A DNA stretch of 64,000 bases from Candidatus Jorgensenbacteria bacterium (lineage in GTDB: Bacteria > Patescibacteriota > Minisyncoccia > UBA6257 > GWB1-50-10), in assembly GCA_043807585.1 (NCBI GenBank), contig JAZDFV010000001.1:46590-110589 (forward strand), written 5' to 3'. A program made the position numbers and the translations under genes. The stretch's first letter is position 1. Each line of letters starts with the position of its first letter. Shown here piece after piece: positions 8,760-18,370 of this stretch. Under the pieces are notes generated by a model. That model was given only the letters and a program-made list of their open reading frames with translations, ran no database searches and had not been told where the DNA came from.

Positions 8760-9920
8760 CTAAAACCCTAATCGGCGGGCTGCCTCTGCACCCGCAGCGG
8801 CGTTTGTGGATATAAGAAGTGTACGGTTAACCCATGTGTAGCCGAGAGTGGACCCGGGCGTTGCAAAGTCAGCCAGCGAGGCGGGGTGTCCCTTGATGGT
8901 GCCGTCCCGCCATGCGCCCCCTACACCAGGGTTGGTAAGGAAAAAGTTTCCATTATCGGGGTCGTGTTGGAGCAAGCTCATTTTTCCCTGTGCGTCGCCG
9001 AGGTTCGCCGCGCCTTTCAGAGGTACCGCGAGGCCGAACCAAGTGCCGTCGGCTGCCGCGTAGGTGAAGTAGGTTGCGTCATCAGCGAAATATGCCAAGA
9101 TATCGGTGGTGAAGAAGCCCGGGACGAGGCGCTTTGCGAGTTCCCCAAACGCCATCACTTTCCCTTCGGCGGTTTTTAGCACCACCTCGCGGAAGAGCGG
9201 CACCGAGGCGTGGTCAAATGGAAGCGCTGCTTGCAACCCCACCACGCTCACGGGGGTGAGGGTAATATCGGTGCGGATGTCGGCGGGAATCGTGAAGAGA
9301 GTCGCGTGAGTATCGATGCCTCGGATCACTTCAGCCGGCGTCGAGGTCGGCGCGGGCACTACTGGCGGTGTGGGAACTACTGGCGGTGTGGGAACTACTG
9401 GCGGTGTTGGCGTTCCGCTTGGAGGTGGCGTTGCCACTTCTTGCGCGGGGGTTCCGGCGAACATCGGATAGATGAAGAAGTATCCCACGGCGGCGAGGCC
9501 TATCACCACCACAAACGAGATGATGCCGATGAAGATACCTCGCTTTGACCTGGGTTTTCCCGCGGGCATTGGAGGCAGAGGTGCGGGCGGCCCGACGGGT
9601 ACGGGCGGTTTTGGAGGAACACCTGCCTGCGCGGGCAGGCCGGCAGTTCCTATTCTGGGCGGTGTGAAAGGAATTGCGGGTTTTGAAAACGGGGCGGCGG
9701 GAGGACTGCCGGGGACCCCGGGCGGCGGCGGTGGCACTGGCCTGGGGACGTAAGAGCGGGGCTCTCCCCCTCCCTGCTCCTGCATAGAGCGGAGGTCCGA
9801 CCCCATGGTCCGCACCTCGGTCTTTGGTTGCGTCGACGGCGCGAGCGGCACCTCTCCCTCACCCGTTGGGAGATTCTTTGGGGGCTGTGGGGTACCCCAT
9901 CCGGGAGTCGTGGTTTCCAT
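8760..9920 (-). CDS. Proline-rich single-pass membrane protein
   Basis: VRTM.SD N-terminal motif, Pro-rich linkers, TM helix, 18-bp tandem repeat encoding PPVVPT at about 9358-9410. Confidence 0.8.
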   Translation of the reverse strand: METTTPGWGTPQPPKNLPTGEGEVPLAPSTQPKTEVRTMGSDLRSMQEQGGGEPRSYVPRPVPPPPPGVPGSPPAAPFSKPAIPFTPPRIGTAGLPAQAGVPPKPPVPVGPPAPLPPMPAGKPRSKRGIFIGIISFVVVIGLAAVGYFFIYPMFAGTPAQEVATPPPSGTPTPPVVPTPPVVPTPPVVPAPTSTPAEVIRGIDTHATLFTIPADIRTDITLTPVSVVGLQAALPFDHASVPLFREVVLKTAEGKVMAFGELAKRLVPGFFTTDILAYFADDATYFTYAAADGTWFGLAVPLKGAANLGDAQGKMSLLQHDPDNGNFFLTNPGVGGAWRDGTIKGHPASLADFATPGSTLGYTWVNRTLLISTNAAAGAEAARRLGF

Positions 9921-10012
9921 GCTTCTATTATACATCCTGTGAAAAGCATCCACAAAGAAGAGGTGTGTATAAGTTTAAAAAAGCCCCTGATGGGCCTATG
10001 AGCAGGCTACTC

Positions 10013-12091
10013 CTAACGAGGCGGAATGTTTTTGAGCGAGAGTCCGATGCGCCCATCGGGGTCCGCACGGACCACCTTGGCTCGCACGCGATCGCCCATG
10101 TGCACCACGTTTTCCACATTCTGCACAAACCCCTCTTTGAGCTCGGAGACATGGATCATCCCGTCACGGCCGCCGCCGAGGTCCACGATGGCGCCGAAAT
10201 CCATGATTTTTATCACCGGTCCCTCCACGATATCCCCCACTTTATATTCCCGCGTAACCGCCTCCACCATAGCGAACGCTTTCTTGCCCGCCTCCGCATC
10301 GTTTGCCGACACGAACACGGTGCCGTCCTCGTCGATATCAATATCCACCTTATCTTTCCCGCCGCACGCATCAATAATGCCGTTGATGACCTTGCCGCCG
10401 GGGCCGATGAGCGCGCCGATCTTTTCCACCGCGATGCGGATGATCTTGATGGCGGGCGCGAAGGGCGACAGTTGTGGACGCGGCGCAGAGAGCGTTTTCG
10501 CCATCACGTCCAAAATGTGCAGGCGTGCCTTCTTGGCTCCCGCGAGCGCGTCTCGGAAAATTTCGGGCGTGATGCCGTTCACTTTCGTGTCCATCTGGAT
10601 AGCGGTGATGCCGTCGCGCGTGCCCGCCGTTTTCATGTCCATGTCGCCGTAGTGGTCCTCGGGCCCCTGGATGTCGGTGAGAATTTTGTATGGCCTATCG
10701 GCCCAATCGGACTTCCCGTAATTATCAACCATTAGCCCCATTGCGATGCCCGCCACGGGGGTCTTTAAAGGCACACCCGCGTCCATCAAGGCAAGCGAGG
10801 TGGCGCAGGCCGAGGCCATTGAGGAAGAGCCGTTCGATGAGAGCGTCTCCGCGACCACGCGGATGGTGTAGGGGAAAATGTCCTTCGGCGGGATGAGATT
10901 GCGCACCGCTTTTGCGGCGAGAGCCCCATGGCCTATCTCGCGGCGGCCCGGACCGCGCGCGCGGCCGGTTTCACCGGTGGAGAAACTTGGGAAGTTGTAG
11001 TGGAGCATGAAGCGCCGTTTTTCTGTGGACTCCATCGTTTCCACGATCTGTTCCGCGGAGGGAGAGGCGAGCGTTACCACGGCGAGGATTTGAGTATCGC
11101 CACGGATGAAAAGCGCCGAGCCGTGGAGGCGCGGGACGAGCCCCACCTCGGCGTAGAGGTCGCGCACTTCGTCGAATCGGCGCCCGTCGGGACGTTCGTT
11201 CTTTTCCAGCGCCGCACGCCGCACGTGCGCATCTACCGCATTTTCAAAGATGGTGTCGGCAAAACCCATAGCCTCTTCGCCGCCGTCGGTTGTGGCGAGG
11301 TACTCGTGGAGCGCCTTCAACAGGGCGCCCAGCGTTTTCGCGCGAATGGCGTCCGCGAGTTTTTCCTCGATGAAACCGAGCACCGTCGTTTTTGTTTGCG
11401 CCGACGGCTCCGCGAGCGGCACATCCATTTTTTTCTTGCCTATTTTCTCCGCGACGTCGCGCTGGAATGCCACGAGCGCCGCGATCTCTTTTTGGGCGCG
11501 CGCGAAGAGCTCCTGCACCTCCTCCTCCAAAACCTCGGCTCCTTCAAATTCGATCATGTTCACGAGCTTTTCGGGGCCGGCGAAGAAGGCCTGATGTCGG
11601 AGCGAGCCGTCGGGGTTCGTCGCGTTCAGTGATACTCCTGCCACTGGCCCGTTCCACGGAATATCCGAAATGGCGAGCGCGGCGGAGGTGGCGAGGAGCG
11701 CCACGGCGTCCGGGTCGTGTTTCTCGTCGTATGCGATGACCGTCACGGTTACCTGCACTTCGCGCCGGAGCCGCTGGTCAAAGAGCGGTCTGACGGTGCG
11801 GTCAATGAGGCGTCCGGAGAGCACCGCGTCATCGGAGGCCCTCCCCTCGCGCCGTACGAATCGGCTCCCGAGAATTTTCCCCGCGGCGTAGAAGCGCTCC
11901 TCGTAGTCAACAGTCAAGGGGAAGTAGTCGGTGGTGGTTTCTTTATCGCCTATTACCACGGCGGCGAGGACCACGGTATCCCCGTGGCGCCCCATGACGG
12001 CACCGTTCGCTTGATGGGCGAGTTCGGAAACCTCCAAGCTTACCGGTTCTCCATTGAGCGTGCTTTTGAAAATTTGGCGATTGAGATCCAT
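10013..12091 (-). CDS. pnp: Polyribonucleotide nucleotidyltransferase
   Basis: FPLTVDY, RLIDR, RREIGHG, SNGSSSMAS, DHYGDMD; KH and S1 domains. Confidence 0.97.
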   Translation of the reverse strand: MDLNRQIFKSTLNGEPVSLEVSELAHQANGAVMGRHGDTVVLAAVVIGDKETTTDYFPLTVDYEERFYAAGKILGSRFVRREGRASDDAVLSGRLIDRTVRPLFDQRLRREVQVTVTVIAYDEKHDPDAVALLATSAALAISDIPWNGPVAGVSLNATNPDGSLRHQAFFAGPEKLVNMIEFEGAEVLEEEVQELFARAQKEIAALVAFQRDVAEKIGKKKMDVPLAEPSAQTKTTVLGFIEEKLADAIRAKTLGALLKALHEYLATTDGGEEAMGFADTIFENAVDAHVRRAALEKNERPDGRRFDEVRDLYAEVGLVPRLHGSALFIRGDTQILAVVTLASPSAEQIVETMESTEKRRFMLHYNFPSFSTGETGRARGPGRREIGHGALAAKAVRNLIPPKDIFPYTIRVVAETLSSNGSSSMASACATSLALMDAGVPLKTPVAGIAMGLMVDNYGKSDWADRPYKILTDIQGPEDHYGDMDMKTAGTRDGITAIQMDTKVNGITPEIFRDALAGAKKARLHILDVMAKTLSAPRPQLSPFAPAIKIIRIAVEKIGALIGPGGKVINGIIDACGGKDKVDIDIDEDGTVFVSANDAEAGKKAFAMVEAVTREYKVGDIVEGPVIKIMDFGAIVDLGGGRDGMIHVSELKEGFVQNVENVVHMGDRVRAKVVRADPDGRIGLSLKNIPPR

Positions 12092-12104
12092 GTTTTTACT
12101 AAAC

Positions 12105-12178
12105 GCTAATTTATGCTGATTTTGGCTGATTTACGCGGATATCTTTTTAGTCATTAGTTGTCAGTTGTAAGTTTTCAG
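12105..12178. repeat. Degenerate 9-mer then 7-mer tandem repeats
   Basis: TTTATGCTGA/TTTGGCTGA/TTTACGCGGA followed by AGTTGTC/AGTTGTA. Confidence 0.55.
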
Positions 12179-12714
12179 CTATTTTTCCCTTTACCGCCAG
12201 AGCGCTGCGGGATTCTGATGAGGAGTTTGGGAACCTTTTCCAGATCGACGAAGAGGTCCGCGGCCTCGCGGAGCCGTCCCGATGAGGTGCGTCGGAACGC
12301 AGCGACCTCCACCTGTTTTCCCATTCCCCACTTCAGGTATTCCACAAGAGGGACAAAGTCACCGTCACCGGTTACGAGTACCACCGCGTCCAGGCTTGGG
12401 GCCATGCGCATGGCGTCCACCGCCATTCCCACGTCCCAGTCGGCTTTCTTGGTACCGTCGGGATAAATTTGGAGGTCCTTCAGGCGGAGTTCCATACCCA
12501 CCTGCCGGAGCGCCTCAAAGAACGATTCTTCTCCGAGAGCCGTCTCGCTCTTTACCACATAGGCGATAGCGCGGATCATGGGCCGGCGCGCGGAGAGCAC
12601 GCGGAGGAGCTCCCGGAAATTTACGCGGGAGTGGTAGAGGTGTTTCGCGGAGTGATAGATGTTTTGGACATCTACGAAAATACCTACGCGCTGGTTGGGA
12701 TGTGAAATGGCCAT
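12175..12714 (-). CDS. NYN (LabA/DUF88) domain protein
   Basis: IFVDVQN, KADWDVGMAVD, LVTGDGDFVPL. Confidence 0.9.
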   Translation of the reverse strand: MAISHPNQRVGIFVDVQNIYHSAKHLYHSRVNFRELLRVLSARRPMIRAIAYVVKSETALGEESFFEALRQVGMELRLKDLQIYPDGTKKADWDVGMAVDAMRMAPSLDAVVLVTGDGDFVPLVEYLKWGMGKQVEVAAFRRTSSGRLREAADLFVDLEKVPKLLIRIPQRSGGKGKNS

Positions 12715-12721
12715 TCTGATT

Positions 12722-12991
12722 TTATCCGACGTTGAGCGCGAGCTTCTTGGTGAGCTTTTCGTATTGCTGCTCGTCTTCGCGCTTCAGGTACTGGAGAAAC
12801 TTGCGCCGCTTCCCCACCATCATAAGGAGTCCCCGCCGCGAGTGGTGGTCCTTGGGGTGCTTTTTCAGGTGGTCGGCGAGCGTTTGTATCTGCTTGGAGA
12901 GGAGCCCGATTTGTGCCTCCGCCGACCCCGTGTCGGTCTCATGGCGCTGGTGATCCTTTATAGCATTCTGTTTCTGTCGCTTGGAGAGCAT
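12722..12991 (-). CDS. rpsO: 30S ribosomal protein S15
   Basis: DTGSAEAQI, HPKDHHSRRGLLMMVGKRR. Confidence 0.97.
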   Translation of the reverse strand: MLSKRQKQNAIKDHQRHETDTGSAEAQIGLLSKQIQTLADHLKKHPKDHHSRRGLLMMVGKRRKFLQYLKREDEQQYEKLTKKLALNVG

Positions 12992-13040
12992 GATTTTTAT
13001 AAGTTTTTTCATTCTATCAGGGATTATAGCGTTTGTCTAC

Positions 13041-13052
13041 CCCGTTAGAGAC
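13041..13052. repeat. Solo end of the CCCGTTAGA element
   Basis: CCCGTTAGAGAC with no partner TIR seen nearby. Confidence 0.4.
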
Positions 13053-13098
13053 GGCCCGTCCAGAGGCCATTCCGGTGCGCCGCTTCGCGTCCGCAATC

Positions 13099-13125
13099 AA
13101 TTAACGACATCGTAAGTCGTTAATT
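13099..13125. promoter_or_regulatory. Palindrome AATTAACGAC-ATCGTAA-GTCGTTAATT, copy 2 (candidate recombinase site or operator)
   Basis: 10-bp arms with a 7-bp spacer, about 50 bp upstream of the Xer gene. Confidence 0.6.
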
Positions 13126-13177
13126 TATTTTGCAACACAAAAATGTGTCGCAAAATAATCTTTGCTATAATGAGGCG

Positions 13178-14065
13178 ATGACCGAAGTCCAAAAACTAGT
13201 AAAAGAGTATCTGGACTACCTGGAGATCGAGAAAAACCGCTCCCCGAAGACGCGGGAGAACTACACCCACTACCTTCATAAGTTCCTAGAGCTCTCCGGG
13301 GCGCGGACGGTGCGCGACGTTAGCGCGGAGGCGGTGCGGGAGTTCCGGATTACGCTCGCGCGGAAGAATTTGAAGAAAAACACCCAGAGCTACTACGTGA
13401 TCGCACTCCGCAACTTCCTGAAGTACCTCGTGCGCCGCGGTATCCCCGCGCTCCCTCCGGAGACCGTGGAGCTCCCGAAGGTTGCGAGGCGCGACATAGA
13501 GGTGCTCTCCTACCCCGAGCTCGAGCGCATCCTTGCGGCCCCAAAAGGAAGCGACCTTCGCACCCTCCGCGACCGCGCCATCCTGGAAGTTCTCTTTTCT
13601 ACCGGCCTTCGTCTCTCTGAACTGTGTGCCCTCCCCCGCTATATGGATCTCGCCCGCGGCGAGCTTTCGGTGCGCGGTAAGGGAGACAAGTTGCGTGTGG
13701 TGTTCTTCTCTGAGAGCGCAAAGCGGGCCCTCAAGGAGTATCTTGGGAAGCGGACCGATACCGAGGAGGCACTCTTTGTGAGCTTGGACCGACGCGGACA
13801 AGTGATCGGGAAGATCACTCCGCGGGCGGTCGAACGCCTCGTGGAGACCCGCGCGCGTGAGGCGGGAATCGCTAGGTTTCGGGTTCATCCACATCTCGTC
13901 CGTCACGCGTTCGCAACCGACCTCCTCATCAACGGCGCCGATCTCCGCTCGGTGCAGGAACTCCTGGGGCACGCGAACGTCGCGACCACGCAGGTCTACA
14001 CCCATCTCACGAACCAGGAGCTCCGGGAAGTGCACAAGGCCTTCCACGGTCGCCGCCGCTCGTAG
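13178..14065 (+). CDS. XerC/XerD-family tyrosine recombinase
   Basis: SAM-like N-domain; GLRLSE, GKGDK, HLVRH, VQELLGH and TQVY catalytic motifs. Confidence 0.93.
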   Translation: MTEVQKLVKEYLDYLEIEKNRSPKTRENYTHYLHKFLELSGARTVRDVSAEAVREFRITLARKNLKKNTQSYYVIALRNFLKYLVRRGIPALPPETVELPKVARRDIEVLSYPELERILAAPKGSDLRTLRDRAILEVLFSTGLRLSELCALPRYMDLARGELSVRGKGDKLRVVFFSESAKRALKEYLGKRTDTEEALFVSLDRRGQVIGKITPRAVERLVETRAREAGIARFRVHPHLVRHAFATDLLINGADLRSVQELLGHANVATTQVYTHLTNQELREVHKAFHGRRRS

Positions 14066-14203
14066 CGGCTTTAGCGAACCAAGCCCGCCGTCGTCGCTGA
14101 TTCCTTCTTTTGACGGTGCCTGCGGGGTAGGGTAGGCTCAAGGCAGGCGCTTTATAGTCAACGATTTCTGACCGATTTTCCGAAAAGGAAGGAGGCGTGC
14201 ATT

Positions 14204-14620
14204 ATGTTCCCACGATATGACGGAAATGTCCTCGGGTGTGCTGGGCGGTTTCTGCGAGCGATCATCGAACATCGTACGGATCTCACCCAGCGGTGGCGGC
14301 TCGAGATGGACGACGAGGGGAATGTGAGCGTGTTCTGCAGTATGGCATCGCCCGACCCCGTCCTCAAAGAGTTCGATGCTGCGTTCTTCGAGCGGCACGG
14401 TCTCAACGCTGACCGCTGGTCTCCGGTGCTTCGGTTTCCGTGGGGTGAGCCGTGGAAACCGTACGTTCCCGGTTCGCAGGACCACGCGGGGAACATGGAC
14501 GTTGGGTGGCGGTACAGTGGAGCACCCACGGCAGCTACCGCCCTTGGAGACCAAGAGGAGGAGACCTCGGCAGCCACAGGTTCCGGAAGATCCACGTTTC
14601 CAAGAAAGATAATGGATTGA
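14204..14620 (+). CDS. Hypothetical accessory protein
   Basis: GGAGG SD, upstream TTGACG promoter, hairpin at 14651-14684. Confidence 0.6.
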   Translation: MFPRYDGNVLGCAGRFLRAIIEHRTDLTQRWRLEMDDEGNVSVFCSMASPDPVLKEFDAAFFERHGLNADRWSPVLRFPWGEPWKPYVPGSQDHAGNMDVGWRYSGAPTAATALGDQEEETSAATGSGRSTFPRKIMD

Positions 14621-14650
14621 ATCGAAGGAAGGGATTGTTTTATGGAAAGC

Positions 14651-14684
14651 GAAAATCCGCTCTGTTAATTGGAGCGGATTTTTC
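14651..14684. terminator. Bidirectional intrinsic terminator
   Basis: AAAATCCGCTC...GAGCGGATTTT between the ORF and the tRNA 3' end. Confidence 0.65.
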
Positions 14685-14716
14685 GTTGTGGGCAAGCTGC
14701 CTCTGTTTTGCTCCGG

Positions 14717-14799
14717 TGGGCAGGGTGGGATTCGAACCCACATGGACTTGCGTCCGCCAGCTCCTAAAACTGGTGCGTCTGCCGTTCCGCCACCTGCCC
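14717..14799 (-). tRNA. tRNA-Leu(TAG)
   Basis: GGGCAGG acceptor stem, anticodon arm CCAGT-TTTAGGA-GCTGG, long variable arm, GGTTCGAATCC; CCA not encoded. Confidence 0.95.
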
Positions 14800-14913
14800 C
14801 GGTTTTTATTGTAGGCGGAACGGGACAATTTGACAAATATTATGTTCTGTTATAGAATTTAACCAGCAAATAAGCAACTGAATTAAGGATAAACTACTGG
14901 AAGGAGAAATCTT

Positions 14914-15999
14914 ATGCCCGAACTAATAACCGTACTCATTGTTATCTTTTCATGCTGCATTCTTGAATTTCTGCTTTCGCTGAGATGGGTCAAGCCAGAT
15001 CCACCCCACAAGGGTATCCGCACCTTTCTTGGTGAGCGGGAGCCAGTGTTGGTGGATGAGGGCTTGAACCTCCTCCTCTTCCCACTCTTCGGGCACATCC
15101 CCGTGAAAGTCGAACAGATAGTTATGAATTTGGAGGAACAGGAAGACCTGCGCCCCCCCGACGGATCGGATCTCGTATGTTCAGCTTCGCTTACTCTTGT
15201 ACCCGCGTGGCAGGTGATGGAGAATGGGCAGCCGCGGAAAACCGCAGAACTTCTCATCAAATTCAAGAACGCCGGTGGTGCAGAGGGAGTCCAAGCCCAG
15301 CTGAAAGTTATCTTGCAGGAGCGATTGCGGCAGTGGGTGCGCTCCCCCAGGGAGGGCCCGCAAAATTGGGAAGAGGCGGTGGCAGCCCAGGAGGATGCCG
15401 CCGCAGTACTCCTCAAGGCGATACTGGGAGACCAACTCACACCCATTCCAGCACCTTTTCCCACCACCGTTCTTCTCCATTACTTCTTGGAGCCGCGACC
15501 GGTCCCCACGACGGCCGAGGTAACTTCTTTCGGGAAGAACTGGGAGACGATAGACGAATATTTCAAAGGGAAGGACGAGGAACGCAAAAAGGTGGCAGAG
15601 GCTGTTAGAGATAGGAGAAAAGAGATAAGGGAGGCGCGCGAAGGGAACGGTTCCCTGATCCACCGTCACCTTGGCGTCGCGATATGTCGCCTGAATATCA
15701 CCAAGATAAAGGTGGTTGGGAAGCTTGCCGATGCCGCCGAACTCAGGGCAACAGAGGAGCAAGAGCGGAAAGCGGAGGTATACGAGGTGGGGACCGAAAT
15801 CGAGAAGGCGAGGCTGCTGGTGGAAGCGGTGGAAGCGAAGGGTGAGAAGCTTTCCACCCAGCAGGCCTACCAGGTCATAATGGAATGGAAGACGACGAGA
15901 GAGGGTAAGGGATACACCATCCCTGGACTTTCTCCGGTGATTGAGGCAGCTCTCAGAGCCATTTTCCCCACCACGTCAAAGATCGTTTCATCCAAGTAG
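14914..15999 (+). CDS. SPFH/band-7-like membrane protein
   Basis: N-terminal TM, GIRTFLG....VDEGL, G..I.RLNI.KI, C-terminal coiled coil; own TTGACA/TAGAAT promoter at about 14830. Confidence 0.6.
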   Translation: MPELITVLIVIFSCCILEFLLSLRWVKPDPPHKGIRTFLGEREPVLVDEGLNLLLFPLFGHIPVKVEQIVMNLEEQEDLRPPDGSDLVCSASLTLVPAWQVMENGQPRKTAELLIKFKNAGGAEGVQAQLKVILQERLRQWVRSPREGPQNWEEAVAAQEDAAAVLLKAILGDQLTPIPAPFPTTVLLHYFLEPRPVPTTAEVTSFGKNWETIDEYFKGKDEERKKVAEAVRDRRKEIREAREGNGSLIHRHLGVAICRLNITKIKVVGKLADAAELRATEEQERKAEVYEVGTEIEKARLLVEAVEAKGEKLSTQQAYQVIMEWKTTREGKGYTIPGLSPVIEAALRAIFPTTSKIVSSK

Positions 16000-16014
16000 A
16001 GAAAGGAGTACGCG

Positions 16015-16419
16015 ATGTCCAAGAAATGGATATTGATAGGAGGGGTTGCTATTGTGGTGCTGGGGGTGATCCTCGTGCTGTTACTCTCTGGGGGCAAGAA
16101 GCCGCCAGATTTATCGGGGGCTAACCAGTGGAAACCGGCTCAGGTACCACCACAGTCGTGGGTGCTCAATAAGCCCGGGGTGTGGGTGATGACGGTGACG
16201 AGTTTGGATACGGTCACCTGGTCGCCCACTTCCTACAAGATTTGGGCGGACAGGCCATATCGTGCCGCGGTCTATCCTTCCGGGTCCGGAGGGCAGCGGA
16301 GGGAGTACTCGATGCCAGCGGCACCGAAGTACTACCACGGCGCGCCGGGTCTCATAGATCACCTGGAGGTGATGGCTATTGATACCCTCACCGTTTTCTG
16401 GGCCCAGCGAGTAATGTAG
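16015..16419 (+). CDS. Membrane-anchored hypothetical protein
   Basis: AAGGAG SD, N-terminal TM, beta-rich remainder. Confidence 0.75.
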   Translation: MSKKWILIGGVAIVVLGVILVLLLSGGKKPPDLSGANQWKPAQVPPQSWVLNKPGVWVMTVTSLDTVTWSPTSYKIWADRPYRAAVYPSGSGGQRREYSMPAAPKYYHGAPGLIDHLEVMAIDTLTVFWAQRVM

Positions 16420-16431
16420 CAGAGAAAAACA

Positions 16432-16460
16432 AACCCCGTTGAGAAAAACTCAACGGGGTT
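16432..16460 (+). terminator. Hairpin AACCCCGTTGAG/CTCAACGGGGTT, copy 1
   Basis: 12-bp stem plus T-rich tail. Confidence 0.75.
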
Positions 16461-16554
16461 CTTTTATTTGACAAATTTAGGGGTTTATGCTATCCTCCAA
16501 TTAGAATCTGAACAACTATTAAAACCGAATTAGGACAATTAAGGAGTGATTGTC

Positions 16555-17418
16555 ATGAAAAATCTTGGATCTGTAGAGAAAAACGCTCCGAATTTCAAAG
16601 GAATATTCAGAACGTTGGTTGTCGTATTTATTGTCCTTGCTGCATTTCTGCTCCTCATTGCTGCTGGCCAACTCGTCTTTTTCTTTGAGATGTTTGGTTG
16701 GTTTCAGCATCAAGTAAGGAGTTTGACTGGAGCTGACGTGTTGATCGCGAACGGTATCGCAGCGGTCATCATGGCGATCATTTTCGCCCTCCCCTTGTTG
16801 GCATTTCTTAGATCATTTCTGCCATTTCCGCAGAGGAAACGTGTTATGTACCGCGTTTCGATACTCTCCTTTTTTGCCATTCTCTTTTTCGCCTCGTACA
16901 TCCTTTCCCAGGACGTGTTTTTCGATCCGGATACGGGAGCGCCATTGAAGTACTACACCATTCGTCCGGATGGAGCGTACAAGTTCTATTCTACGGGAGG
17001 ATATGATGCTTTTACTGGCGACACCCTAAAAAGGGTTACAAAGGAAGTTGTGCTCCGCTATTCTGGTTTCCGCGATAGCAAACCGTCATCAGAGCGTCCG
17101 TCGGTTACTGCAAACACCGTGCAGCAGTTTGAAGCCAAAGAGGGGCAGGTATGGGTGAAGGCGGGTGAGCAGATCACCGATACGCTTGAAATGGGGCGAT
17201 GGTCTAAGCTTTTCCACCTCCCCCCTGACCACAAGAAGTTTTCCATGGATGTTTCTGAGGAGTTCCATGGAATACGGTTTTGGGATGGAACGGAGTGGGA
17301 TCGTGCGCAGATTCTCAACTATTTGAAATCGCACGATGGGTGGATGAGCACCGTGCCGTCAGCCTCCTTCCGGCTCCGCGGGAAGGGAGTTGTCACCATT
17401 ATGGTGGCAGCCAAGTAG
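16555..17418 (+). CDS. Membrane protein with extracytoplasmic domain, hypothetical
   Basis: Three TM segments then FFDPDTGAPLKYY...G.D..TG..L; own TTGACA promoter at 16468. Confidence 0.75.
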   Translation: MKNLGSVEKNAPNFKGIFRTLVVVFIVLAAFLLLIAAGQLVFFFEMFGWFQHQVRSLTGADVLIANGIAAVIMAIIFALPLLAFLRSFLPFPQRKRVMYRVSILSFFAILFFASYILSQDVFFDPDTGAPLKYYTIRPDGAYKFYSTGGYDAFTGDTLKRVTKEVVLRYSGFRDSKPSSERPSVTANTVQQFEAKEGQVWVKAGEQITDTLEMGRWSKLFHLPPDHKKFSMDVSEEFHGIRFWDGTEWDRAQILNYLKSHDGWMSTVPSASFRLRGKGVVTIMVAAK

Positions 17419-17429
17419 AAACAGTAACG

Positions 17430-17458
17430 AACCCCGTTGAGGAAAACTCAACGGGGTT
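17430..17458 (+). terminator. Hairpin AACCCCGTTGAG/CTCAACGGGGTT, copy 2
   Basis: Near-identical to 16432-16460. Confidence 0.75.
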
Positions 17459-17480
17459 CTTATATTTTGCAGAAGCCTAC

Positions 17481-17816
17481 TTAGCACCCGCTCGCGGAGG
17501 TGCAGAGGAGCGCTTTCGTGAGCGCGATGATGCCGGTGGCGAGGATAGCAGTCGCGACCGCGATGACCGCGTAGATGAGTTGTTTCTTCGCCGCCTCCAC
17601 CTTTTCCGCGCTTTCGCCTGCGGTGAGGAACGTGAATGCGGCGAAAATGATAAAGACCACGGCAACGGCGAGGAGAACGGCATAGGCCCAGCCACTGAAC
17701 TTATCTATGGCGGCAATCACCTTTGTCGGCGTGTCGATGTCCGAGGCCGCGAGAGCGGGCGCGGGGGAAAAGAGAGCGGCGGCCGTGAACCAGAAACTTT
17801 TAATGGGTAGTTTCAT
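17481..17816 (-). CDS. TrbC/VirB2-like pilin
   Basis: Signal peptide plus two TMs joined by FLTAGESAEKVEAAKKQLIYAVIA. Confidence 0.85.
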   Translation of the reverse strand: MKLPIKSFWFTAAALFSPAPALAASDIDTPTKVIAAIDKFSGWAYAVLLAVAVVFIIFAAFTFLTAGESAEKVEAAKKQLIYAVIAVATAILATGIIALTKALLCTSASGC

Positions 17817-17833
17817 AGCGCTTTAGTTTGCCG

Positions 17834-18274
17834 TTACGGAGGAGAGCAACTCCAGTCCCAGGTGTTGCAGATTTGGCCTGGTGGGCAGTAGACAGTGCCG
17901 CATAGTACTCCGGTGGGCGTTGTGAAAAACACCTGCGTGAGGTACACGATGCCGGTGGCGAGGATGGCCACCGCAAGCGCCACCACGGCGTAGATGATGT
18001 AGTTCTTTGCCTCCTTCACCTTCTCCTCATCTCCCCCGGATGTGAGGAAAAGGAAGGCCGCATAGACGATGAAAACCACAGCGAGGGCGAGGATGATGCC
18101 CCAGAACCACCCGCCCAGTTTCACGAGGAGCGCCACCACCGCATCGATTGGTGATGCGCTTGTTGATACGACCGACGTAGGCGGCGCGTTGGTGACCACA
18201 GCGCTTGCGAGGAGAGGGAGGAGCGCGGCCACTCCTATCGCTACCCATACCGACCTCGGCGTTTGCATGTGCAT
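17834..18274 (-). CDS. TrbC/VirB2-like pilin with Cys-rich tail
   Basis: FLTSGGDEEKVKEAKNYIIYAVV; C-terminal CGTVYCPPGQIC...C. Confidence 0.85.
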   Translation of the reverse strand: MHMQTPRSVWVAIGVAALLPLLASAVVTNAPPTSVVSTSASPIDAVVALLVKLGGWFWGIILALAVVFIVYAAFLFLTSGGDEEKVKEAKNYIIYAVVALAVAILATGIVYLTQVFFTTPTGVLCGTVYCPPGQICNTWDWSCSPP

Positions 18275-18370
18275 ATTATAAGTGAAACAAAACCTCCCCG
18301 GTTACTTTCCCATTGTACCACAGCGTGTGGGGATGGGAAGCTCCAGGGGAGGTTTTTACGCTCCATGGTT

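Noticed and set aside
9358-9410. 18-bp tandem repeat as a mobile or regulatory array
   Set aside because: It is an ordinary coding repeat (PPVVPT) in a proline-rich linker.
13178-17458. Prophage or integrative element at tRNA-Leu driven by the tyrosine recombinase
   Set aside because: No duplicated tRNA 3' end and no phage or conjugation genes. The recombinase has housekeeping Xer features and core-like codon usage.
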